DNA of 64,000 bases from Phaeosaccion multiseriatum (lineage: Eukaryota > Protista > Ochrophyta, other classes), in the NCBI GenBank assembly GCA_965112735.1, contig OZ218964.1:2294001-2358000 (forward strand), read 5' to 3'. Position numbers and translations under genes: made by a program. Below the pieces are notes generated by a model. The model worked only from the letters and a program-made list of their open reading frames with translations, did no database searches and was not told the DNA's origin. Shown here piece by piece: positions 21,272 through 35,316 of this stretch (position 1 is the stretch's first letter; each line of letters starts with the position of its first letter).

Positions 21272-21610
21272 CGCCTCACACATGCATGGCCTGCACGAGC
21301 GAGCGACCGCTGCTCTCTCGCCCTCCTCCTTCTCTGCTCTCCTGCCTCTCGCTCACCACACGCCCGCCCACGTCTACTACTACTCCTCTACTGCCCCTCT
21401 AGAGACAAGGCGCTGGACATGGCCACGCTCAAGAGGGACGGCTTCGATGACCCAGCGGCTGTGGCGCGTCTCGTGCAGCAGGGGAAGGGCATGATGCCCC
21501 CCTACGGCAGCGGAGCCAAGGCCATTCTCAGTCAGCGCGATGTAGACCTGGTCAGTGAGTACACCGTCCAGCGGGCTGCAGAGGGCTGGGCCCCTTCGCC
21601 GAAAAAGTAG
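20723..21610 (+). CDS. Cytochrome c6-like protein 1, nucleus-encoded, with signal + transit + thylakoid-transfer presequence
   Basis: Exons 20723-21192 and 21403-21610. CRG-FVF cleavage-like site, lumen signal ending ALA-E, GAVLFQFNCAVCHLNGGN, GKGMMPPYG (axial Met), QRAAEGW. Confidence 0.88.
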
Positions 21611-22084
21611 TAGTAGGATAGTGGAAGGAGGGGGAAGGGGGGTGGGGGAAGAATCGGGAGGAAGCAAAGGGGCGATGGAAGGGGGTGGGTAGGAAGGAGC
21701 AAGTGATTGGGGGAGTTTAAGGATGGGAGGAGGGGGAATGAGCTGAGCATCGGGGGCAAGCACATAGTCAAATAGTTGCTGTACATGTCGAGCACACTAA
21801 GTCAGTAAGTAGTAAAGGGAGGAAGGAGGAAATAATAATGTCATCTAGCGAAGTATCGTTCTGCCTTCAAATGGCCTCATACGGCACGGGCTCTGCCTTC
21901 CGTCGTCCAAGGGCAGCTCTCCCAACAATAGTCATGTCTCCGTTCTTGCTCGTCGCGGCCAGCTAAAAGGGAACAGCACCACACTCTTGGACGGGTAGAT
22001 CTCCGCATCACAGCCGCCGCGTGACATCCCCAATGGACGCTAATTCTAAGCATATCGCGTCGTGCACACTCCCGTGCGGTCTTT

Positions 22085-22326
22085 TTATCGACCCCTGACG
22101 CGCTATCGCCCACATTCGCGATAGCGCGCTATCGCCCCCCCCCGCCCCCGATAGTGGCCGATAGCGGATAGCGGATCGGCTGGCGCCGGCGACAGCGGAT
22201 AGCACGCCCCCCCCCCCCCCCAAAGCCGGCTGGCGCCAGCGATAGCGGATAGCGCGATAGCGGATAGCGCGCCGGCTGGCGCCGGGATATAATAGATAGA
22301 TAGCGCGCCGGCTGGCGCCGTTAGTG
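22085..22326. repeat. GC-rich element of direct and inverted GATAGCG/CGCTATC and GCCGGCTGGCGCC units; possible transposon end or MITE
   Basis: Multiple copies in both orientations; the right end reads CACTAACCGG on the minus strand. Confidence 0.5.
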
Positions 22327-22627
22327 CGTGATCATTATTTATATTACACCCTTAAGTGCCATCTATGGTTGTCTAAAAGTAATGTCTCACCGCGTGATCA
22401 AGCTTGGGTGTTGGACATTCACCCAACTCACAGTTGCCTGGTCTTTCATATTTCCCTCCTTCCCCCTCCTTTTTCCTTCTTCCGTAGCTGCTGAGTAGTC
22501 TCTTTACACAAGCAAAGTAAAGGTCATATCGGGGTCGAGCAAGTGCCGCTGCTCAACAGCGTTGGGGCACCGCACGGGTTGGGGGAGCAGCGGAGAAAAA
22601 AAAAAGGGAAGGACCAGAAAGGAAAGG

Positions 22628-24076
<1,449 letters not shown>

Positions 24077-24951
24077 GAATGAGAGAAAGAGGAGGACATT
24101 AGCGAGGCTGCCTGGAGCTGGAGCTGAGAATCATCAAGGATTGTCTTGACGAGGGCTTCAGTTTTCAGTTTTCAGTGGATGAGTTGATGTGACCCCCCTG
24201 AAATCGAAAAACATACTGTAAATGGAGGCGATACAGTATTGCGAGGGCTGGAGCTGAGCAGCTAGGGCTGGAAATAAGCCATGTGGTCATGTGATAGGGC
24301 GGATGATGTGAGCGAGGGCTGGAACTGCAGTGACTGAGCAGCTTGAGAGTCGAATACCACACCCTGCCTGTATTACCTTTCTCCTCCTGCTGATGTCCGA
24401 TGCCCACAACCGCTGCTGGCTACCCTCCGCACGGCAGCCGCTCGCTCGCTCGCCGGCAGCGGGGCAGCGGAGCATGTGTTCAAATGGCGATCACGCTATC
24501 ACCACCTGTGGAAACTGTCCCACTATGGCAGAATCGTGCACAGAACAAGGGGTACGTATAGAATCAATCCTTTTGAATGAAAAGTTCTGAAAAGTTCGAC
24601 GTGGAAAAGGGGGAAGTTAGGAGAGTTCGCCGCAGTTCCAGCCGCTTCGCCGCATAATTAAGTCAACAAATGTGTTTTGCACCCCCCTTTCCTCTGGTCA
24701 CGATTTTATACGTTTGGGATCGTTCCGGGGTAAGGAATTGAGTGGAAGAGGAGGGAGCACATTGTCAGGATTAGAGGTTACATTGTCACGCGCAGCTCCG
24801 TCGTTGTCAGGGAGGAGGATATTTGAAGGAAAAGAAGGAAGGGGAAGGAAGAAGCGCAAAAGAGAAAAAAGGAAAGAGGGGGGGGGAAGCACGCACCTGC
24901 TCTGCTCGAACTGCGCGCGCACGACAAGAAGAAAGGGCGGTTCGTCAAAGG

Positions 24952-27342
24952 ATGCTGAAGAGAATTAGGAAAGGTGAGAGCAGGCAGACGGAGCGAGGCC
25001 ACACCTTGAAAAGGTCGCATTTGTTCCTTCGTTTTTTCCCCTCGGTCCGTAGCCGCCCGCTTTACTTCTTCCATCCTACCCATCTTCCTTGCTCTCTATC
25101 TTGGCTGCCGCGCTGCCGCAGGGCCCGTGAACAAACAGCTGCTGGACCTCTGCTCCTCCCAGGCCCCTGACCAAGAGGCCCTCCAAGCCCTCCTCCAATC
25201 CGGGGCTGACGTACGTGCCCGGACCGAGAACTACTGGACACCGCTGCACTTAGCAGGTGGGTGGGCTGTTTGGCTAAGACATGATTGGCTCCTCGCTTAT
25301 TGCCTGCTCGCTTATTGCCTCCTCGCTCCCCGTGCTCACCTCGCTCACTGCGCCTGCCACTATGCTTTCCCGTGTCCCCTTTACTTCTCCTCATCCTGCG
25401 CTCCTCCTCTGACCTACGTGAGCAGTCTCATATGGACACTGCGCGATGGCGGCTACCCTGGTCCAGAATGGAGCCAGTGTGCGCGCCAAAGGTGAGGGTC
25501 TCAGAGTCGAGAGGATGGAGGGGAGGAGTCCTTCCCTCCCTCCCTCCCTCCCTCCCTCCCTCCCTCCCTCCCTCCCTCCCTCCCTCCATTCCTTCACTAA
25601 CGTCAATCCCTCCCTCTGTCCGTCCCAACATCCGTACCAACCGTGCCCTCCTGACCCCCCCCCCTCCCGTCCGCCCTGCCCAGGCAAACTCGACTGGACT
25701 CCTCTGCACTACGCGGCCTCCCGAGGCTGCGTGACTTGTGCCAAGACCATGTTGGACACCAGTGTGAACCGAGCCGATGTGGACGCTAGAGAGAAGCGCA
25801 CCTTTGCCACGCCGCTGCTCATCGCCGCGCAGGAGGGGCACGCAGCCGTCGTGGCGCTCTTGTTCGAGCGAGGCGCAGACATCATGGTACGTGTGTGTGT
25901 GTGTGCCTTTCTGTGTGTGCCTCTCTCTCTCTGTGTGTGCGTGTTTGTGTGGGTTTTCCTGTTCAGTCTATGCATCTGCTGTTGCGCTACCTCCTGCCTG
26001 CCTTCTGCCTGCCTCCTGCCTAGGCGGGGTCGCATACCGCTTTGCTAAACACTTCGCCCCCTCTCTTCATCCTTCCCTCCTCTCCCCCTCCCAACGCCCG
26101 CATGTGTGTGCCCCTCTTCGCCCCCCAGGCCCTCAACAATCAGGGCGACTCTTGCCTACACCTCGCAGCACTCAACAACCGCACAGAGGCCGCTGCCCTG
26201 CTGCTCTGTCTGCTGAACCACCTCCATCAGGGAGGGGTGGAGGGAGGGGGAGAGGGAGGAGGAGGAGGAAACCGCCTCGGGGAGGGGGAGGGGCCTTCCT
26301 CTCCATCCACTACCATCGCCAACCCCTTCGGCCTGAACAGGAAGGGCAACACGGCCCTTGAGCTCGCGGAGGGGGCAGGACACACGGCCATCGCGCAGCT
26401 CATTCAAGGTGAGTGGGTGCGTGGGTGCGTGGGTGCGTGGGTGTGTGTGTGTGTGTGTGGATGCGTGCGTGGATGAGTGCGTGCGTGAGTGCGTGTATGC
26501 GTGTGTGTGTGTGCGTACGCGGTGGAGCACAGCAGACGCTCACAACAGTCGACTCTCGACGGTTCGCATTGCACACTGAGAAGCTCATGACTGTCCACAC
26601 ATTTTGCAGTACACTGTGACAAAGAACCTCTCACCCATCCGCTCCTTGCCCCCTCCGTGCTTCGCTGTCCTGTGCGGCATTGATTGCGTGTGTGCGTGCG
26701 TGTGTGTTCCTGTGTGTGTGTGTGCGTGCGTGTACAGCCCACGAGGCCGGCCTCGCTCCCGACGCATGGACCCCCTTCTTTCCCTCCTCCCTTGCGCCTC
26801 GTGCCCCCGGCTTTCCTTCTGCGCCCCCCCCCCCCCACGAGGGAGGGCAAGTTCCTTCTGCGTCACCCCTCCCCCAGCAGCAAGGGGCAACCGCACATCA
26901 CCTTCCTCCTCCTACCTCTTCTTATCCAGCGGTAGGGGCGGCACCAGCAACAGCAGCAGCAGTTGGTGATACAGCAGCAGCAGCAGCGAGGCAAGGGGGA
27001 CAGGCTCCCCCCACCGGTCGAGATGGAGAGGAAGAAGGCCTCAGTAGAGAGGATGAAGAGCGCATCAGACAAGATGCAGAGGGTCTGAGTGGAGGCATCC
27101 CGTCAGGGCCACCCGTCCCTGCCCAAGCGGAAATCGATGGGGAAACGCCCCCTGGGGAGACGGCCCTGCGCCCCCGGGGGGAGTGCCCCATATGCCTGGA
27201 GGCGGTGGTGACGACCCCCTGCGTGCTCACACCCTGCGGTCACGGCCTTTTCCACAAGGATTGTGCATCCGGAATCGTCGCCACTGGCAAGTGTGTGATC
27301 TGTCGGCAGAGGGTCACCAGCTACCTTGCCGTCTTCTTTTAG
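24952..27342 (+). CDS. Ankyrin-repeat protein with C-terminal RING finger (putative E3 ubiquitin ligase)
   Basis: Exons ~24952-24973, 25122-25256, ~25425-25491, 25684-25887, 26129-26408, 26738-27342. WTPLHLA, WTPLHYAA, TPLLIAAQEGH, SCLHLAA, TALELA; RING CPIC...PCGHGLFHKDC...CVICR. Confidence 0.85.
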
Positions 27343-28115
27343 GCTCTGAGGAGGGCATGATGGCACGCGGGGAATCGAGAAGAGAGAAGAGAGCGATGGA
27401 GAAGAGAGAGGAGAGAAGAGAGGGATGGAGAAGATAGAATAGAGAAGAGAGGGATTGGGGATGGACAAGGAGGGGGGAGGGGAGAAATGGCAGCGGATGG
27501 CAGCGGAGAGAGTCGCAGAGGGGCGGATGGCAGGGGATGGCGGGGTAGAGCAAGAATCTGTGGAGAGGCTTCCGTGTCGTGCCGATGGACACCTTCAATT
27601 CCAACAGCAGAGATGAGTGGAGGGGGGTGGGGTCGATGCCGCCCTTGCCCTTGCCTTTGCCTCGTCTCATTGACTTACTTAGTCGGTATCTGACCTAGTA
27701 CGTCAGTTACCGCGAAACTGAGTTAGTGTGTTGGGTGCAGCCTCACGGGGGCGGCGTGTGTGTCGTGTGGGAGCGAATTCTTACGTAATTTTATTATACA
27801 ACGTAGTATTATTAGACCACCCACTTGTCGGGGGGTTTGGGGGGTCAACATGCCCTCTTGGAAACTCCATACTCCCCGTGATGCGGGGGGTGTATACAAT
27901 GTGGCCAGTCAATGTGGCCAGTCAATGTGGCCAGTCAGGTGGCCACGTCAGAGCTCGCGTACTTTTCTTCTTATAAGAGCAATCCCTGACCTAACAGCCA
28001 CGCTCTTTAAGAGACACCCAAACTAAGCAAACAGATCTTACAGTAAGAAAAAAAATAAGTACGAAGGAAGTCCTTGCGCTGCGCTGGGCGATCGCTGGGC
28101 GGCGCTGCTCGTCGC

Positions 28116-28452
28116 TCACTGTCCGGGAAGATCAAATATCTTCCACGAGCCCTTCCCACCGCCCCCCTCTACTCCTCCTCCTCCTCCTCCTCCTCCTCCT
28201 CCTCCTCCTCCGCCATGGGACTCCCCCCCGACCACCAACATTCTCCGATGGAGGGAGCGCAGAGTGGAGCGATGCCCTACACTCACCAGCGTCGCCCCTG
28301 TGTCCAGCAGGAGTCTGAGGGGGCAGGCATATGGGCAGGCAGGCAGGTGGGCGGGCAAGGCAGGCCGGTGGGCGTGCAGGCAGGCAGGCATGCAGGCGGG
28401 TGGGCAGTCAGTCAGTCAGTCAGTCAGTCAGTCAGTCAGTCAGTCAGTCACT

Positions 28453-28517
<65 letters not shown>

Positions 28518-31500
28518 AGTGATTCATTTAGTCAGGCCGTCGGTCCATCAATCAGTCAGTCTGTGAGTCAGCCAGTCAGTGAGAGAACCCCCCCCCCCTT
28601 CTCCATCCGCTGCCGCCCCCTCCCCCCACCCTCCCGTCCACCCACCCGTAGGCCTCCCTCTCCGCCCTCTCCGACAGCGCCGATGTGCTCTCGTCCATGA
28701 CCAGCAGCCGCGGGGCATGAACAAGTGCCCTGCACAGGCTCAACCGCTGCTGCTCCCCCGGGGACAGCACGGACGGCCAGTCCACCTCCCTCTGCAGGGC
28801 CAGGGCCAGGCCAACAGCAGGGTCAGCCTCATGCTCGGCGTCAGGACAGGCGTCGGCTTCGCCGGTTTCAGGGGCAGTGGAAGGGTCCTGACCAACGTCA
28901 GGGTTAAGGCCAGAGTCAGGGTCGATGGTGGGGTGGCGGTGCCCGTTCTCGACGTCGAGAAGCAAGTTACCATCTCCATCCATCCCATATGACCCCAACC
29001 CTGACCCCGGCGCTGCCTCTACTGCATGCGCCCCCCTGGGTTGCGCCCCCCTGGGTGGAGCTCCCCTGCTCAGCAGTTCGCTCAGTCCTAGCGAGTGAAG
29101 TGCGTCAGTCACCGCCCTGACCTCGAGCCTGCCCCGGGGGGGAGGGGAAGGGTACGTCACTAGGGCCCCCAAAGACCCCCTGGGGTTCGATGACAGAGGG
29201 AGAGGGCGAAGGAGGGGGAAGGGAGGGAGCAGGATGGATGGCTTTAGGTGAGCGGGTGGGATTTCGGAGCATGTCGTCGGATCGCTGACAGCAAACGACG
29301 CAACGAACAGTCCAAGGGGGGCCGCACTCACTCACTCACTCACTCACTCACTCGCTCGATCCCTCCCTGCCCGTCCCTGCCCGTCCGTCCGTCCGTCCCT
29401 CCCTCCCTCCTTCACTCACCTAAAGCAATATGGCTGCTGAGGCAGGAACATGACTCTGCGGGGATCGAAGCCCCACCCCCTGCCATTGCGTAGGTCAGGG
29501 CTGTACTCCACGCTGCCCCCCCCGGGAGCCCACAACCCCGCCAGGGTCCGCAGGAGAGAAGTCTTGCCGCCGCCGCTGGGGCCTAACACGCCGAGTAGAG
29601 GCATACCGGTAGACAGGCAGGGCATATACAGGGGATGTGTAACGGTCACGTAAGAGCACACGCACGTAAGCTTATGTAATGCTCGAACGGGGGGTTCCTG
29701 ACTGGGTGGGCGGCATATCCGACTCGGACGCCGGCCCCCGGGGAACGAGAGCAGGACGAGGTGTTAGAGGAATACAGGCAGCGACGGAGGGAGGGAGGGA
29801 GGGACACGCAGACGGGCCGCCTGGGGAGTGGAGCAGCACTGTTATGTCATCCTCTCCCTTCCCTCCCTGCTTTTCCTCTCTCCCTCCCTCCCACAGCCCT
29901 CCCTCACCGGTGATGAGAAGATGTCGACCGGGGTGCACAGCAAGCGTGAGGTGGCGCAGCATCGCCGGCTGCCCCCTCGGCTGCCCATTCCCAACATCGG
30001 CCTCATCGACATTGATATCGACATCGAGATGGTCGATGTTGGCATCTGCCACCAAGCCCCCCGGGGCACTCACAGACAGGTTCTTCAAACGCATCAACCA
30101 GCCCGCCTTGTTGATAGAGTCCTGTCCCCACCCATCTCTCTCCTTCTCCCCCTCTTCCTTCTCCTCCTCCTCCTCCTCCTCTGCCCCCCCTGCTCCTGCC
30201 CCCCCCTCCAAAGGACTGGGAGGCGTGTAGCCCCAACCTCCCGCCGGCCTCTCCTCCTCCTCCTCCTCGAGTCGGAAACCCTCCTCCTTCCTCTCCTCCT
30301 CATCACAGAGGGCCTTGTTGTGTGTGTCTAGGAGGTGCTCAGTCTGCTGCTGCTGTTCCTTGCCCAGTTTGAGTTCCAGCTTCTCACGCCTCCGCCAGTC
30401 CTCCTCCTGCTTCGTGGTGCAATTCAAGTGAGTGAGGGCATGAGTGAGGCTATGAGTGAGGACCAGCTTGCGCGATGGCGTATGCATGAGAAGGGTTCAG
30501 GCCAGCAGCATGGATGGAAGCAAGTGACCGTTGCCCAGGGCTAACATCTCAAAATGCCTCTCTCTCTCTCCGTCCCTCCCTCCCTTCCTCTCCCTCTCAA
30601 GTCAGCCCAGCCCGCGCACGCACGCACACACGCACGCACGCACGCACACACGCACCTCCCTCCTGTGCTGTTCCTGCCACTCCTCCCCCTCCTCCAGGAG
30701 GATCTTGTGTTTCCACTCAGACACCCACAAGCGCTCGTCTTCGGAGGCCGACGGCTTGTGCCAGGGCCGCAGACTACGCGCTTCTCTCGCAGTGAAGCCC
30801 CCCTGGGTCTGCCCCCCTGGGCCATGCTCCCCCGGGGCCTCGCCTCGCACCCCTTCCCCTCCGCCTCCCCTCCCCCCTCCGTCCTCCCGGCCTGTGCATT
30901 TCACATTCAAAACGCAAAACAGGAGGCGATACGTTAAGGTAAGCTCACGTAAGAGCTCACGTAAGAAGTACTCCTCCCTCATGGCTTGCAAGCAGAGTTT
31001 CACAAAGGAAAAAGCCGCCCAAGCACAATTCAACACGTCAGACGGAGAGGCAGGGCCGTATAAAGAGGTGTATGGGCAGGGCAGGGTAGAGGTATATAGG
31101 TAAGGGAGGCCAGGGAAGGGCGTTCACAAGAAAGACTTAGCATCACGGGTTTGGGTTTTGACAGCTTTACGGACGGTGTGCCGGCCTTCCCCCCTTCCCT
31201 CATATTTACTTCTTACTTCGAAGTACAAAGAAACATGCTTCCTTCAGAGAGGCACGGACACAGACACGCCCCGCCCCATCCCATACGCCTCCACCCACCC
31301 CAGCCCACCCCACCCACACCACACCAACTCCCCCCCTAACGTACGGACACCCCCGACCCATCCCTACCCCTCCAGATGCCCTCCAGATGCCCTACAGATG
31401 CCCCCCAACGTACGGACGGACAGGTTCCTTTTCGCTTGTTGTTCCTCCGTGCCCCCTCCCAGACAGATGCCCCCCCAAACATACATACATCCCCCACCCA

Positions 31501-33844
31501 AACACACACACCCCACCCACCTGCAACCTCCAAGAGCTGAGCGACTCGAGTGGCGCTTCCCCCCGCGTTACCCATCGCCTTGATGGCTTCCAGGCCCTGT
31601 GTGAAGGCGTTGATGAGGTAGAGGCAGCTGTACGAGCCCTTGGCCACGAGGGCGGCGATCTCCGCCTCGCTCTTGCGCCCGCTGCGAGAGAGGTAGAGCA
31701 CGGCCACGCCCACGGCTAGAGGGATGGCAGGGGATGGCATGGGATGGCAGCAGAGGGGGGCAGAGGACAGGGGAAGTGGACAGCAGAGCGGCAAGGGGGC
31801 GGGGTGTGAGCAAGTGGCGTGTGAGCAAGCGCCCTGTGTCCGGAAGGGAGGGCCTTCTGTAACGCTGCACGCACTCTGCCGCGAGGGCTGAAGGACTCTT
31901 CCCTCAACGGCCCTCAAATCGGCCCTCCCTGCTAATAATGCCGGATGGCACCCGAGAGGGTTGGCACCCGTGGGCTGGCGCCCTGCATAACTGCGTACGT
32001 AATGCGTACGTACGCCCTCCGACGGTAATCTACGTAGTCATACCTGCGTAGTTGATGACGGCGCCCATGTACTCAAACCACTGCCTGGAGATGTACAGGG
32101 GCCAGTGAGAGAAGATCACTCTGCGACGGGCCAGCACCACCTAGGAGGGAGCAGGGCAGGCATACGGGTTAGGGTTAGAGGCATATGGACAGGCATGCGG
32201 GCTAGGGTTAGAGGCATATGGACAGGCTTACGGGTTAGGGTTAGAGGCATATGGACAGGCATGCGGGTTAGGGTTAGAGGCATATGGACAGGCTTACGGG
32301 TTAGGATTCGAAGAGGCAGGTGCATGGGTAGGCCTTCGGGTAGGGCTAGGGGCATGTTAGAGGTATACGGACACGCCTACGGGCAGCAGGCACAATAGTC
32401 GAGGGGAGATGCTCGGGTGAGTTTGGATTTCAGTCTTCAGTTTTGGGGTTTGAGTTTGAGATTGACCTGCGTAAAGCTCCGGCTGAGGCGCTCCTTCTCG
32501 TTGCGCTGCACGGCTTTGGGTCCGTGGAATGAGATGGCTTCCGAGTGCGTGGACAGCCACAAGTGATCATGACGGAAGGTGCCTTCGCGGCGTTCCTGAG
32601 GAAGAGGGGAGGGAAGGAGGGGAGGGGAGGAGAGGGGAGGACAGTCAGCGCCTGTCTGAGTGCTCGACGACTCTGCAGCATGCCTATATGCTTGCCCCCA
32701 TACTTGAGAACTGCCCATATGCCTGCCCATACGCCTGCCTGCCTGGCTGACGGAGGCTTGACGGAGGTTTGACGGCCAAAGTGGGTCGCTCGACTGACCT
32801 GCTCGGCGATGAAGACCACGACGGGCTTGAGCAGCGCTGCATTCACCAGCGTGGCCACTAAGAAGTAAACGTAGCACGCGGCAGGAGCCGTCCAGCCGAA
32901 CAGCTTCACCAGATACCTATGACAGGATTACGTAAGGGCCGCGCAAGGGTCGCATAAGGGCCGCGTAAGGGTCGCGTAAGGGGAGACGAAACCTTCAGCA
33001 CAGGCAAACCCACACATTGAGTCCCTGCGCCATCCGCTACCATTCACTGCCATCCATGCCTATCGCATGTCTCTACTTTTCTCTCTTCCATCCACTGCCA
33101 TCCATCCATGCTTGTTTCTCCATCACCCCCCTTTTCGCTCTCCCATCCACTGCCATCCATGCCTCTCCCTCTCACCACGTGTAGTATATCCACACCAGCG
33201 GCACCACAACGACCCTCCGGATGATCTCCCCACAGCTGGTTGTGAGCGTCATCGCATCGGCCGCGATGCGCTGATCGGGGTTGTCCACGCCCTGCTCCTC
33301 CCCCCCCCCCCCCTGCATGAGTCTCAGCCGGTACGGAGTGGTGCCTCGCAGGTAACGGTTGTGCAGGAATGCCGTGAGCTTCTGCCGCCACTGAAGCGCG
33401 CAGTTCTCCACGCAGAAGTGCCTGCTCAAGTGGGTGGTGATGGTGATTGTGATGGTGGTGGTGACGGTGGCCATGACGTGGTTGTGATGGTGATGGTGAG
33501 ATGGTTGTGGTGGTGGTGATGGTGGTGGGAGTGTACGAGTTATATCGTGCAGTTCTCGTCGGGCCGGCAGCCAGGCATCCGAAATCCTATGGGCAGTGAC
33601 AGTCGCAGGCATATTTTTTGTCCGAAGGCGTGGAGGCCTCCAGAGGCCTCAAGAGCACTGCCTCCAGTCGCAACTCTGTCATACTGAATATTATTGCCTT
33701 ACTCGGCGGGCTTTCATTGACTTACTTGGTGGCCTTGAGGGTGGCCACGAGAGAGCAAATGAGGAGCGAGCGCCACAGCACATTGGCGAACATGGCGCTG
33801 TCCCGCGTTGAGATGCTGCACACACACACACACACACACACACA

Positions 33845-33878
<34 letters not shown>

Positions 33879-34902
33879 TGCACACGAATGTGAGTGCGTG
33901 AAGCAGACGTGTCACAACTAGGAGGACATGCATCAAATCCCTCTCTCTCTTCTCTCTCTCTCACTCGCTCCCTCCCCTCCCTCTCTGCATCTCTCTGACC
34001 TCTACCTGAGATAGAAGTTCGCGATGATATCCATGATGAATGAGGCCGCAACCTCGTATGCTACCGCGAAGAGCACGAGACTCAGCGGCCAGAACCAACG
34101 CCCCTGCGATACGGCACACGGGCATACAGGCATGAGGAGGGATGGGCACCGGATGGGGGACACGGCTCACAGGGATGGACCCGCCTTGCCTCTTCTCACT
34201 GCCGAGCAATACTGCGCTTGATCCATCCATGCTGGTCAGAGCTTGGGCACCGGAAAGCTCCCCAGCTGCACCCACTACTCTCTCCCCCTCCCTCTCCCTT
34301 ACCCTTACCTGCCTAAACAGGCCGTGCCAAAAGAATATCCGCGCTAGTAGGATAGTGTCATGCAATCCTGACCGAGGGGGGCCTCCCTCCTTGGCTCCAT
34401 ACCCTTTCGCCCTTGCTTCCTTCCGTGAACGCTGCGCCCGTCCCCCCCTTGTCCCATCGTCCTTGTCCCCGGTGTCTTCAGGATCATCGTCAGACATGAA
34501 AGACCAGCCCCACTCTCTACCCTCGCCTCCCCCCACCCTGCTCCTCTTTCTCCCCGGGACACGCCATTTCCTTCTCCGCGCAATGACGCCCTTTCCTCCA
34601 TCGGTTGGGCTGCTCGTCCTGCTTGTCGACCCTCCATCGGCCCACTGCTCGAGCCCCCAGCCTCTGTTCATCCTCCCCATCTTCGGACTTGGGGTGCTTC
34701 TGCTACTTCTGCTGCTACTGCTGCTGCTGTTGAGCCTACTGTTTATGCTTATGCTGGCTTGTTGCCTTGCTTTTTGGTCACTAACTCTTTCCCCTTTTTT
34801 CGTCCCGTCCTCCTCCTCCTGCAAGCGAGTGTACCGCCGACTGCCGCCGCCGATGCGGCTACCTGCATTCTCTCCCGAGTCGCTCTCTTCATCGCGCAGC
34901 AT
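28116..34902 (-). CDS. ABC transporter subfamily D (ABCD) half-transporter
   Basis: About 14 exons; DNPDQRIAADA, EGTFR...HSEAISFHG (EAA-like), Walker A LLITG|PSGGGKTSLLRTLAGLW, MFLPQQPY, signature LSPGEQQRL, Walker B LVMDESTSAL, H-loop VSVGHRSTL. Some internal exon borders are approximate. Confidence 0.9.
32155..32310. repeat. 30-bp minisatellite containing GGGTTAGGGTTAG, in ABCD intron
   Basis: About 5 units of GGC(A/T)T(A/G)CGGGTTAGGGTTAGAGGCATATGGACA. Confidence 0.85.
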
Positions 34903-35316
34903 CACTTATGGCCCCACCTTTCCCCTCTTTCTTTTGCGCGTTTCCTTTGCGCGCGCAAAATGGCCCAAATCATCATTGCACACGAACCTGAAACGGAAAC
35001 TCCGTCCTCTCCGAGGACTCAAAGGGAGAAGCAAAAACAGAAAAAAGCAAGCGAAGAAAGGAGAAGGGTGGTGGAGGAGACAGGATCCGCAAGGAGGGGG
35101 AGTTGGGGGGGAGACACATCAATTTGCCTGTCGGGCAAGGCAGCGAAGGTAAGGAGGGGCTATTGGGCTGTGATGGGCTCTCCAGCCCTCCCGTCTCTCG
35201 TGGACTCTCTGATACATGTAGTCCATTCGTACACAGCGCTACTACGCTTTTGCACTGCTGGTTTATCCGCCTTAGGCATTCTCCTCTGTCCACACCCAAT
35301 CGCACCCCTCCCTCCC

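Noticed and set aside
22350-22372. CTCF-like binding site (CCATAGATGGCAC)
   Set aside because: Resemblance is imperfect and CTCF is an animal protein; kept only as part of the dispersed motif finding.
24952-27342. Ankyrin-RING gene as a member or partner of the ankyrin array
   Set aside because: Different repeat sequences and intron structure, 20 kb away; nothing in the sequence links them.
32160-32310. Telomere or interstitial telomeric tract
   Set aside because: Only about two TTAGGG-like units within a 30-bp intronic minisatellite.
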